Source: Mytilus edulis
Lineage: Eukaryota
DNA: 64,000 bases
Assembly (NCBI RefSeq): GCF_963676685.1
Contig: NC_092347.1
Span: forward strand, 84,816,001-84,880,000
Reading direction: 5' to 3'
The notes below the pieces were generated by a model. That model had not been told where the DNA came from. It ran no database searches and saw only the letters and a list, made by a program, of their open reading frames with translations. Made by a program: the position numbers and the translations under genes. Shown here piece by piece: positions 24,331 to 36,083 of this stretch (its first letter is position 1; each line of letters begins with the position of its first letter).

Positions 24331-24929
24331 CTACCTGTGCTCTACTTTGTGGTTTCTAACTCCGTTTCTGTATCACCAATAGACCACAGACACAAAGGAC
24401 TTATTTTAACTCGCAGAAAGGAAATTTCAGATGTGCTTACATTTAGAAAATTGTATAGTTAACTGTGTCTCAGAAAACCAATTATCATACACAATATATG
24501 GATCATTTCTACTGTATCTATTATTAAATAGTCAAAATACGGGTAAACTCCAGAGTTTGGTGTCTTGCTCGTTGAGGCTATATGTTATTGTGTGTAGCAA
24601 TACTGTTGAAAAACAGATGGATAGAAATTTCTAAAATAAAGGAGGACATTCTTGAAATGTGGACAAGTAATTTCCGTGAGCTACCGAATCCAAACTATAC
24701 GTATACAGGACTTTGTTTAAGAAATATATTGGCTCTTATCCCAGCAAAATGCCATAATCGAAACCAATAAAACAGGAGGAAATACCTGATGTAAAAAACA
24801 TCCCACAAATGCTGCTGACAGGAGATGTAATGGCACCAGTATTGAAGAAACCCTAGCGAACTTTAAAATAAATACAGTGACCAATATCTTCACTTTAATC
24901 CAGTAGAGCATTAAAATCCAGAATAGATA

Positions 24930-25625
24930 CATGCATTAAGATCTATCTACTCCAAAACCAACTACAAAGAATATTTAATGAAGCCATACTTTTGATATTT
25001 GCCGCATTCCTGGCTTCGGAAAGTAATAATACAATCTTGTGAATATCACCAGGAAATCCTGCTACTATGTTTGGATGCAGAAAAGGCTTTTGATAAACTA
25101 ACATGAAATATTATTCAACAAGGTATATCACTATGGCATTGGTAGGGATACTACGTCATATGTATAGATAAAAAGCATTGTATTAGATGGGGATCTGGTT
25201 TCTGACAAGATATCTGTCGGCCAAGGAATTCAAATCAGTAAGGAGGAAAACTATCAACCTCCTTATACAAATCCTCTAATAATGTAATTGTAGATAGTGT
25301 AACAGAAAGTGGATTATGAAGCCATAAGGGGACAATAGCTATTGCTACACTATAGGTGACACATTAGTTAGTACTGGTATGGACATTGTATACCGCCATG
25401 CATAGACCAAATATAAAAAAGAAGATGTGGTATGACCAAGTCAAAATCAAACCACAAAAGTCGTACCTCGTATCCTATAATACCCAGCAGGAAATGGTAG
25501 TTAATATTTGCAGCTCTCCGATAGATAGAAATACATCTGCAAAACATCTAGGTATAACCAGAAATAAAAAGAATAAAACAGATATTGAGAAACTTAACGT
25601 AGGAATGGCCACTATCTAAAGTACG
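24930..25625 (+). pseudogene. Decayed non-LTR RT fragment
   Basis: Broken frames encode LDAEKAFDK, LFNKVYHYGI, GGKLSTSLYK and KHLGITR. Confidence 0.65.
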
Positions 25626-25631
25626 TTGGGG

Positions 25632-25665
25632 CAAGGATTTGTATAGTATACTATACAAATCCTTG
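25632..25665. other. 34-bp perfect palindrome with 7-bp TSD (candidate P-type excision footprint)
   Basis: GTTGGGG|CAAGGATTTGTATAGTA-TACTATACAAATCCTTG|GTTGGGG. Confidence 0.85.
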
Positions 25666-25796
25666 GTTGGGGGAATAAAAATAAAATAAAAAAAAAAACC
25701 CAAAGGAAATGCAAAACTGAAAGTGCTTTTAAAAAAGAAAAAAATGAACCAAATGAAAAGCTTTTAAAGAGATGAAAACAACGCATCATAAATTTG

Positions 25797-25842
25797 ATGC
25801 GTCCGAAGCGCTTTCCTAATTTTTCCTCATTCAGGATCGTCC
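25797..25842 (-). ncRNA. Degenerate type I hammerhead-like motif
   Basis: Minus strand CCTGAATGAGGAAAAATTAGGAAAGCGCTTCGGACGC: core remnants and GCGC stem III, but an extra base in the core and a broken stem II. Confidence 0.35.
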
Positions 25843-27206
25843 CGGCATAGCCGAATATTAAGACAGCTACAGGTCCTTCACAGTCAGGTAGCTAACACAG
25901 TTGTCTTCATTTTAATCAAGACAGTACCAATCTGCACGATAATAGACGAAATATGCTATCTTTTTGGATGAATTCGATTAGAATCAACTAATCATAACAG
26001 TCAGGAATCTACTTCGTCAAAATTATCTCCCCATTACGCCAGTTAATTTTCACATTCGTAGAAATGGAAGCAATTGTAGGGATGACGCGCTGCAAATTTT
26101 GCTCTTGGAAACCGATAAATTTATCCACATTGCACCATTACGATCCTTATATGTCAGTTGCATTATAAAAGACAAGTTAATGATCTTGTCTGCATTGATT
26201 CAACTGAAAACTTTTGTCTAATCGGTTGTCAGGTGGAATTTTTAAAATTTCATAAACATTTTAAAAAATTCTAATTAAATATTTCGTGGAAGGGCAGACT
26301 AGATTTTTTTAGTGGTTGGAGACTATAAACCTTAGTTATCACACACAAAAAATTGATTTTTTTCGAAGATATGCATTTTCATCATCCAACTTGAAAGACT
26401 GTCGTCAAGTACTTTTAGTAAAAACAATAGCTATTAGAACACACCTTTTATGGTTCATTAGATAGGTATTTCACTTGATCCATATATTTCATCTTTTAGT
26501 ACTGTGATTTGTTTATGTTATAAAGTCAACCTGTAGCTCTAATATATAACAATATTAGAATCTGAACCGAGATGATGTATCAAATATTCTTGCTTTGTAC
26601 GTTTTCAAGACAAAATATTCAACTCATTAAACACATCCTAACATAAAAGGTGCACTCGATTTTCTCTTTTCGATACAATTGTTACCCATTTTTTAGAATT
26701 TTTTCTTGAGTCACATAATGGAAGGGCAGAAACGAAAATTACTGAACTAATAGATTAATATGTTCTCCGTCCGTGGTAATTTTTTCAAAAAAATCGGAGG
26801 TTATGCATTTTCTACATCCAACTTGATAAATACCCATGTTGTTGACTTGATGTCTTATTGTTCTGCTTAACTTTGTAAGTTATAGATAAATTGAAATCTT
26901 ATGCAAACCATGTTTTTAAAATGAAAAGAAAATTGTTATTTTATTAGTTTCAATTAACTTTTAATTTTTTTGTTACTATAGTAAACATTACAGTAAGCAT
27001 TTATCGCCTTCTCTAACAAAGAATTTCGATTCTTTTGTTCTGTTTCAACCAGGTTTCCGACTGATAAGACTTTCAAATCCTATAATGTCAACTTGCAACT
27101 TAGAAAACAATTGCAATTAAAAACGTTAGAACCACTTTTAAAATACAGAAAAAAATATCCTTTGTCCCTCATAAAATCTGAGAGTGTACAGGAAACACTT
27201 TGTTAG

Positions 27207-27423
27207 TCTTGTATTATTTTAATTTTAGTTTCTTGTGTACAATTTGGAAATTAGTATGGCGTTCATTATCACTGGACTAGTGTTTATGGGCCAGCTGAAG
27301 GACGCCTCCGGGTGCGGGAATTTCTCGCTACATTGAAGACCTGTTGGTGACCCTCTGCTGTTGTTTTTTATTTGGTCGGGTTGTTGTCTCTTTGACACAT
27401 TCCCCATTTCCATTCTCAATTTT
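27207..27423. mobile_element. Abundant SINE-like interspersed repeat (other partial copies at 49590-49690 and inside the 54-57 kb satellite)
   Basis: GGTTGTTGTCTCTTTGACACATTCCCCATTTCCATTCTCAATTTT recurs across the window; absent from the paralogous region near 33935. Confidence 0.7.
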
Positions 27424-28077
27424 AATTTTACTATTCTTTTGAAAACAGGAGAAATAAATAGCAAACTAGTAACACAAACATATACGCTACAAATAGTTAT
27501 GTCTACCCTCACAAGAATATATCCCCAATAGGTACATGGTGTTATATAGCAGATGAAGATCTAAAACACTTACTTTTTTTCACGCAGTAAACCTTAGCAT
27601 ACACATAAAAATTACCTCCAGAAAATAAAATCATAACTGGACAATGTAAAGAATGGGTTCTATCATAATTTGGTTGACTGTGACATTTGTATACAAATTG
27701 TGATGGACTGTACCCACAAAAGCATTATCTATGGACTCCATATGAAGCAACAACAATGCATAGAGTTAGAAAAAACATTAAACGACTGCTCTGCTAAGAC
27801 ATGCATGCATACCAGCAGAATGCAATGTCTTCTTTTTTATACCAGTAGAATGCAATGTCTCTGCTTTGACCAATTCCATCCTGTTAAAAGTTGAAGTCAT
27901 CACCCGACTAGTAAGTCTAGATTACTTAGTAAAGATCTATTGACATATGTTTTAGATAACAGAACGACCATGCGTAGAGGTCTTTTTTTTTGTGGATTTG
28001 TGCCCAAATTTTTTCAAAGATTGTTTTCAGTTCTGATACATCAAAGCCTATAAACCTGTCTATCGCTACTAGGACTC

Positions 28078-28387
28078 TGTCCTGAATTGACAATTCTGAG
28101 GTATCACCAAATATAAGTGAACTGCAGCAGACAGAACGTCTGTTCACATCAAAATCTAGGTGTGCTCTGCCTAACCACTTTACCTGTATGAAAACCATGT
28201 GCTACTTGTCACATGATTTTTACCTGGCGCGTAAATCAATGAGTGGGGTGCCAATCAGGGTGCAATTTATACATACCTTTACAAACCATGAAAATAAGAT
28301 AGTGAGCTGCCTTTCATGAATTACAATTTATGAACAATAAGCAAATAATTAATAAAAGATAAAAATCACATAATGAAGTTCGTCACA
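28078..28387 (-). repeat. 3' LTR
   Basis: Matches 32106-32415; preceded on minus strand by the polypurine tract. Confidence 0.95.
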
Positions 28388-28529
28388 TACGTCCCCCTTC
28401 AAAAGACTAAACTATGATTTAGTCCAGCCAACACCAACGAACTTCAAAACAAAAACAATCTGAAATTAATACCTCAATATATACATAGATACTAGATATA
28501 CACATCAGATGCTAATAACTGCTCAGGGG

Positions 28530-31070
28530 TCAATCTTCGTCACACCTAGAAAGTGCATCTGCTGCTATATTCTGCTTCCCTGGAATATGTGTAATCGTGT
28601 ACCTAAACTCCTGTAAAAATAAACTCCAGCGAAGTAAACGCTGGTTGCTGGTTTTCATTCTATAAAGCCACTGCAAAGGTGCATGGTCACTGAAAATAGT
28701 AAATTCACTACCTTCTAAATATACCCTCAATGTTTTTACCGCCCATACACATGATACAATAGCATAACATTCCTTTTCGATGACTGCATAGTTACATTCT
28801 GCACCACTCAGCTTCTTACTGATAAAAATAACTGGATGTCTGCCATCTTCAAATCCCTGCTCCAAAACAGCACTGAGACCAAACTGTGAAGCATCTGTCT
28901 GTAAAATAAATAATAAAATAAATATAATGATAATCCACGCAAAATTGAATACTGGAACCTTCTTCTTTACTAGAACCACTGGTGCTGCATAAGGACTGGT
29001 TGAAGGTTCAATAATACCAGGCTTTAACATCTCAACTTCTACCTTGACTTGGTTTCTAACTGCATACGGCAAAGGGTGTGGTTCCTTGAAAACTGGTTCA
29101 TCTGTCTTGTGAAATGGTTCGTCCATAGGAGGTATACTGACAAGTGGAGCTTTAGAAATTCTACCCTTCTGAACCCCTCTTAGACACTCTGGACATGATC
29201 TACAATACTGAGCAATATCAACAAATATTCTAGGCCAATAGAAATGCTGCATAATCCTATACCTGGTCTTAGTAATACCCAAATGACCTGCTAAAGAAAT
29301 ATCATGACCTAAGGTCAAAACTGTGTTCCGAAACTTCTGAGGGACAACAATTTGACTAATTGCCTCCCTTGACTGTGGCCTAAATATCCTGTAAAGAATA
29401 TCAGATCTTATTGTAAAATAAGACTGTTCATCCGAGTCATCTGTAATATAAGATCTAAGAGTATCTAAAGTATGATCAGACTTCTGTGCATCAATCAGCT
29501 CCTGTCTAGTACAAATCTGAAAATTAGAGTCAAAATTAGTAATTTGAAAAGGCTCTGTTAAAGGTAAATCATCACTATACTTCTCTGTGTTCTTCTCAAT
29601 TCTTATCTCCTCGTCCGACTGTTTAATCTTCTGTGATCTAGTCTTCACTGCTTGACATGGCTTTGAGGATGGATCTAAAACTGGATCTAAAACTGAAAAA
29701 TCTACAGAATCATCACCAACTACAACAGTGTCCTTAACACTAGTAGGTATATAAGTGTTAACATAGTTCCCTATGATGAGCTCTGCGAAAGGAGTATCCA
29801 AAACTAGAGCTAAAACAGTACCTGAAACAAAAGGAGTGTTAATATTAATCCAAACTTCCTTGCATACACGTGAAGAACCATCTGCAAGACAAATACCTCT
29901 ACTCTTACCTGTAAACTTATCTGAGTCAACATATTTTTGGTTTACAAAAACAGTTGAACATCCTGTGTCCCTTAACACTGAAACTGGTTTACTGTTTACC
30001 TTACCTTCAACTATATCTAATCCTGGTACTTCGTTTGTCTTCACCTCGTCACATGACACCCCTGGTAACCGAATTGTCATGCCACCTGCGTATTCGTCAA
30101 CTGTACTACATGGTTCTGTTTGTCCTGGCTTAACAAAACATAATCCTATTTTACCTTGTTGTCTATTCCTTAAAATACAATCTGAAGCAATATGTCCTTT
30201 GCGGTTACACACAAAGCATGTTCTGGTTTCAGGTTTATACTGACCTTGATTGTTCCCGTTCGATTTACTCTGCTGTTTCTTCTGATAATCACTGCTAGAC
30301 TGTGCTTTATCATTACCCTTACCTACATCTTTGTGTGCTGTTTGATAAGCTTCGGCTAGTTCTACTAAAGACCTAAGATCCGGTGGTTTATGCTCCTGAA
30401 TCCACAACCTTAAATCCTTATCACTACTTACTGTCAACTGATCCCTGACCATCAAATCATAGAGCTTATCAAAACTACCATCAATGTCTTCTCTGGCACA
30501 CCAGTGCCTTAAAAAACCCTCTATCCGTACAGAAAATTCCTTGAAAGACTCCCCAGCAAACTGAGCCGAATTCCTGAACTTAGCCCGATATGCCTCAGAA
30601 GTTAACTCATACCGAACCAAAATAGCTGTCTTAATCTTGTCGTATAACCTACTATCCTCATCACTCAACCTGGAATATGCCTCAAGAGCTTTACCACAAA
30701 GAAGGGGAATAAGTCGTAGTGGCCATTCACTCTTTTGAACTTTATGAAGTGTAACAAGTTTTTCAAAAGCTTTTAAAAATACATCTGGATCTTGACCTTC
30801 AGAAAATTTAGGTAACTTAGTCTTAATAGACTCTGACGTTTTAAAACTACTTTTACCTCCTGTTGCCAACTCTTTCTCTCTCAACTCCAGCTCTCTCAGT
30901 CTATAACTATTGTCCATCTCTGCTTTTCTCATATCTCGTTCAGCTGCTCTCTCATCTCTTTCTGCAGCTTGCATCTCTCTATACAAATTTAAACAAGTAG
31001 ATGCCGTTTCACCTTTATCAATCAAGTCTGCCATCCACTGTGGCAACTTTTCTGACGTCATGTTGTACAC
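28530..31070 (-). CDS. Gag-Pol remnant, 846 aa: SCAN-like capsid, CCHC knuckle, aspartic protease, integrase Zn-binding domain, RT N-terminal stub, RNase H; integrase core and RT core deleted
   Basis: YRAKFRN..GESFKEF, CFVCNRKGHIASDC, LRDTGCS, H...GHLG...FYWP...CRSCPEC, GIIEPSTSPYAAPVVLVKK, FILQTDAS...DHAPL...ADALSR; no YxDD and no DDE core. Confidence 0.92.
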   Translation of the reverse strand: MYNMTSEKLPQWMADLIDKGETASTCLNLYREMQAAERDERAAERDMRKAEMDNSYRLRELELREKELATGGKSSFKTSESIKTKLPKFSEGQDPDVFLKAFEKLVTLHKVQKSEWPLRLIPLLCGKALEAYSRLSDEDSRLYDKIKTAILVRYELTSEAYRAKFRNSAQFAGESFKEFSVRIEGFLRHWCAREDIDGSFDKLYDLMVRDQLTVSSDKDLRLWIQEHKPPDLRSLVELAEAYQTAHKDVGKGNDKAQSSSDYQKKQQSKSNGNNQGQYKPETRTCFVCNRKGHIASDCILRNRQQGKIGLCFVKPGQTEPCSTVDEYAGGMTIRLPGVSCDEVKTNEVPGLDIVEGKVNSKPVSVLRDTGCSTVFVNQKYVDSDKFTGKSRGICLADGSSRVCKEVWININTPFVSGTVLALVLDTPFAELIIGNYVNTYIPTSVKDTVVVGDDSVDFSVLDPVLDPSSKPCQAVKTRSQKIKQSDEEIRIEKNTEKYSDDLPLTEPFQITNFDSNFQICTRQELIDAQKSDHTLDTLRSYITDDSDEQSYFTIRSDILYRIFRPQSREAISQIVVPQKFRNTVLTLGHDISLAGHLGITKTRYRIMQHFYWPRIFVDIAQYCRSCPECLRGVQKGRISKAPLVSIPPMDEPFHKTDEPVFKEPHPLPYAVRNQVKVEVEMLKPGIIEPSTSPYAAPVVLVKKKVPVFNFAWIIIIFILLFILQTDASQFGLSAVLEQGFEDGRHPVIFISKKLSGAECNYAVIEKECYAIVSCVWAVKTLRVYLEGSEFTIFSDHAPLQWLYRMKTSNQRLLRWSLFLQEFRYTITHIPGKQNIAADALSRCDED

Positions 31071-31208
31071 AATCTAATCTGATAATGATACAAAAAATAT
31101 ACAAATATTTCGGAGTAAGGTTACCAGAAATAAAATCTCAAAAATAAATCAACAGTGTCTGGTTATACCTTCATAACAAATGAACTCTATGAATGTTGGA
31201 CCTGTGAC

Positions 31209-31227
31209 AATCCCACCGCTGCCACCA
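31209..31227 (-). promoter_or_regulatory. Primer-binding site, tRNA-Leu type (TGGTGGCAGCGGTGGGATT)
   Basis: Complement of the metazoan tRNA-Leu 3' end AATCCCACCGCTGCCACCA (tRNA sequence recalled, not searched). Confidence 0.85.
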
Positions 31228-32105
31228 TTGTAAAGACGTAGGATAATCGGATTGTCAGTTGGCCAACATTCATAGAAACACAAGTAAAAAATAATATTTT
31301 ACTAAAACAAAAATAAACAAAATCAAACAAAACTAAACATAATTATAACATGCAAATGAATACAAATAAACAAAGTAAACAACTGAAATGTTAGTAAGTA
31401 TAAATTGAAACTAATCAGAAAAATGTCTCATCACATCTGCTATCATTCACTCTGTTTGCGGTCAAGATCTAGGACGTCGCTTGGAACGAACATCAAATAC
31501 TTTCAGATTGAATTATTCTAAACTTTTACTTTATTAAACTTTTCACTATTTAATATTGACTTGTGTACACTTGTAACATCAATAAGATGTATGGCTCACT
31601 ATATATTCACTTATAAAATACATTTCACTAATTGCATAGCTTCTATATTGATATGCCACTTCCGTTAAATGAAACACGGACTTCCGGTAAACTAACACCA
31701 ACTTCCGGTGAATATACCACAGCTTCTATAAACGTAAATACGTAATTTCTGCCACATAACATATATATATTGGCCGTTGTATGATACGTTAAACTAAACC
31801 TCACAACTGGTATTTGGGAAGATCTGTGTCAATAAATGGGACGTACGTTGTCTGACCATTTAAATGCTGCCGCTCCAAAACTGAGCATTAAAACTGCATG
31901 GACCAACCCCTGAAACAAATAATTGAACCCCAAATAAATTTATAATCAAATGAAAACAAGATTTCAAACCATAAATCGACCGCCACGTGAATGAAAAGTC
32001 TCCGGGTCTGTTTGATAAGTCAAAATGACAACTAAATGATAACACCTTCAAAAATATAAATGTTCTTACCTGAGCAAATTCATTATATTGTCCTGTGAAT
32101 CTCCA

Positions 32106-32415
32106 TGTCCTGAATTGACAATTCTGAGGTATCACCAAATATAAGTGAACTGCAGCAGACAGAACGTCTGTTCACATCAAAATCTAGGTGTGCTCTGCCT
32201 AACCACTTTACCTGTATGAAAACCATGTGCTACTTGTCACATGATTTTTACCTGGCGCGTAAATCAATGAGTGGGGTGCCAATCAGGGTGCAATTTATAC
32301 ATACCTTTACAAACCATGAAAATAAGATAGTGAGCTGCCTTTCATGAATTACAATTTATGAACAATAAGCAAATAATTAATAAAAGATAAAAATCACATA
32401 ATGAAGTTCGTCACA
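32106..32415 (-). repeat. 5' LTR (repeated portion)
   Basis: Matches 28078-28387. Confidence 0.93.
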
Positions 32416-35400
32416 GACTCCATCCCGAGTGCTATCGTTAATAACCAGATTACTTGTGTACGATAGGAATACAGGAAACAGATTTATGCCGCTGTGAAAT
32501 GTAAAATTACTCATCTTATTTTATTGATGCATCTCCAATATGACAATAATTAAGTTTTATATCATATAAGAATTAGTTACAAGTACATTACATTTTTGTT
32601 CATTTTCCTAAGTTCAATACAAAATGATTGAAATGTACAATCATATGAAAATTTGATTTAAAAACATTTTGATTACGATAATTTAGTCGATTTAAAAACA
32701 ATTCGTTTGATGTTATCTATACTATTTGAACACTGAAATTACTATTTTTTTGTACATCAACAATTACCAAAAAAATTACAGAAAATCATAAATAATGTGT
32801 GCTAGAGTTTACCTATGACAAGTCAAACACTGCTTATGATATTACACTAACTTAGATTTTGAGATGAAACTTAATGTAATTCAGCTTTAAACGGTTGAAA
32901 TTTCACTATGATTATAGGGACAAGGTTTAAATTTTATTGCACAGTTTAATTAAATCAACATACATTTAGAAAAAAAAGAAAAGAGTTTTTATATCAGTCT
33001 TTTGGTTAGAATTACATGTATGGTATTGAATATGTAAGGATTTCGTAATACCTTTTGTATATTTAATGGATCAGTTTTATGTACATAGTTGGTAAACTTT
33101 GCTATTTATAATTTGAAACGATTGTTTGAAGGTAACATTTCATAATTCGATGAAATTAAAAAAGCCTTACTTAAAATAATGTTTTGCTCAAATGAAGCTT
33201 TTTAACTTATTTTCCCATCATGAAACCAATGTTTGTAATTTTTTTGTACCCTTTTAAGATAAGAAGATGTGGTATAATTGACAATTATACATCTTTCCAC
33301 CAGAGTCTAAATGAGCAATTATAGGTCACATTAAGGCCTAGAACATTTGAGATATCTCATTCTGTTCATTTCAAGTTAAAGAGTAGTTTTTCATTGTTAA
33401 TTTTAAAAAGTAACCTTGAAATATGCTTTAATTAAATTAATAATACCAAGCAGTAAAGTGTAGTCACTATTGACAGATCACAGCAAGGTAGAAGTACAAT
33501 TCCAAAACACCTAGGTATAACAAGAAATGAATAGAAATTATGAAAATAGGACGGACCACTCTCTACGGCATGTATGGAGAAAAAAAAAATAAAAAAAAAA
33601 AACTCTAAGGGAAATTCAAAACGTTAAGTGTCAATTAAAAAAAAGAAATGGAACCAAATGGAAAACTAAAGGCCATTACAGGGCCTACACAGTCAGGTAG
33701 CTAACACAGCAGTCTACACTTTAATTGGGACAGCACCAATCCGTTTGACAATAGACCAAAATACGCTATCTTTTTGAATGACCATGATAAGAACCAACTT
33801 ATCGTTAGACTTCCAAATCCCATAGCGTCAACTTGCAACTGAGAATACTAGTCCAACAAACAGACATTGAAATACCCCCAAATACAAGAAAAACCATCCT
33901 TTGTGTCTCATAAAGTCTGGCAATGAACAGGAAACAAGCCAATTAATTTGAAACCAGGAGAAAATAAGTAGCAAACTATTAACAAAAACATATTGCCTAC
34001 ACATAGTTAAGTCTAGACACAATAAGAATATATCTTCAAAAAGATACATTTTATAATACAGCAGATGAAGATTTAGATTTTTTCACGCAGAAGACCTAAG
34101 CATAAACGTGAAAGTTACCCCCAGAAAAAAAATCATACCTGGAAAACTTAAAGAATGGGCTCTATCATAATGTGGTTGACTGTGACATGCTGACATGCTT
34201 ATACAATTTGTGATGAACTGTATTCACAAAAGTATAATTCAAAACTATTGACTCCATATAAAGCAACAACACTACGTAGAGTTAGAAAACTTTACACGGC
34301 TGTTCTGCTAACATGCATGCATACCAACAGGTTGAAACAGATGGGGTTAAATTGTGTGAATCCATTGCCATCAGGAAAGTCTACGGCATGGGTTGGATTT
34401 TTCTGCATGTTCTGTTCTTTAGCGTTCGGTTTTGTTTGACCATGGACATATCATACAATTTTAACGCATTATTTTCTTCGATCTGACCAATTCCATTCTG
34501 TAAGGCTGAAGACATCACCCCACGAGTAAGCCTAGATTACTTATGAAGCACTATTGACAGATTTTTTATGATAACAGAATGACCATACGCGCAGAGGTTA
34601 TTTGCTCCTGTCCAAATTATTTCAAAGTTTGTTTTCAGTTATGGTACCTCAAAGCTTATAAACTTTTTTGTAGCTATCAGGAGTCCATCCTGCGTTTCAT
34701 TGTTTTTTTTTTAACAAGAGTATCGATGATCCTTGTGTGTGATAGATGTTACATGCTGGTGGAAATATTTTGTCATTGATGATACATTTGTACTAACGGG
34801 GTTTCTGGACTGAAGTTAACATTAAGGATCATTTATGCTATAGATGGTTGAAGTATTTCAGTTTACTTTTATTTCTTGTTTATTTTGCAGTTTTTATATT
34901 TTTTATTATTAAGCTGTACTGATGTCAAGTAAACATTCTGGTTGTGAGTTAACACTGTTATATGTTAGAATAGCTGCTCAACCATAGCATAGTGGATTGT
35001 GGATTAAAATCCCATTACACCGAGATGTTTCTCTCATAAGATTTTGCTTTGTATGGCTTAGCAGTTGATATGATACCTTGTCACAAATATGTCATATATT
35101 ACCGTTGTCGTCCTATGTTAAACATTGGTCACATGTTATTCAGTGGTATCGTGCTATTATCGCGTTTTGGTCCTGAGTTTGGATTTACATTATTCGGATT
35201 TATAAATCTATAAACTTATTTTTAAGCACCTTGATATTGTTCAGCAATTTTTATCGGAATCTTGTATTTTTTTAGTATAGTGTTTATATGTAGTTTCATT
35301 GTTTTGGTGTTATAGTCTAATGATCTGTAAGATAACAGGTTCGGGCCGTTCCTAACCATGATGAAAAGTCTTTTGATTGCTTCAGTAATTTCTTCGATCC

Positions 35401-36083
35401 ATCGATCGAAGTCGCCAATGCATACGCCCGAGATATACCAGGATTCTAGAAATAACAACTCACTGTCTTGATAGGCGTTACCCAATGGTAAATTGTTGTT
35501 TCTTTTGTAAAGTGTTTACAGTCTCATTGTTTTGGTGTTGAAGTCTAATGAGCTGTCCTTCTGTCATGGTAAGATAACAGGTTCGGTCCGTTCCTGATAA
35601 AAGGTAAAACATGATGATGTAAAGTCTTTTGACTGCTTTAGTAATTCATCGATCGATCAAAGTCTACCAATTCATACGCTATGACTCAGAGATGCATCAG
35701 GATTCTAGTAAGGACTGTCTTGAACGGTGTTACCCAACAATAAACCGATTGCTATCAGATAAAAGTATTGGGGTTTTAAATTTAAAGCCGCGTGGTATTC
35801 GGGATAGTTCAGCAATGCATTTCTCTAATTTTTAGCTCGTTGTAAAACAGTATAGTCAGTTTAAAAAATTTCTTCAAATCTGAAATGACATAACAATGTA
35901 CCTTTGATAACTATGTACACCACTAGGTCGATGCCACTGCTGGTGGACGTTTCGTCCCCGAGGGTATCACCAGCCCAGTAGTCAGCACTTCGGTGTTGAC
36001 ATGAATATCAATTATGTGGTCATTTTTATAAATTTCCTGTTTACCAAACTTTGAATTTTTCGAAAAACTTAAGATTTTCTTAT

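Larger units (their letters stand above)
28078..32415 (-). mobile_element. Gypsy LTR retrotransposon, Gmr1-like, internally deleted, recent insertion
   Basis: 310-bp direct repeats TGT...ACA identical by eye, 5-bp TSD GACTC (28073-77, 32416-20), PPT GAAGGGGG next to the 3' LTR, gag-pol ORF. Confidence 0.95.

Noticed and set aside
29773-30243. 156-aa plus-strand ORF
   Set aside because: Antisense shadow of the Gypsy protease region with no recognisable motifs.
31209-31227. Possible tRNA-Leu gene
   Set aside because: Only the 3' 19 nt including CCA are present, with no cloverleaf; it is a PBS.
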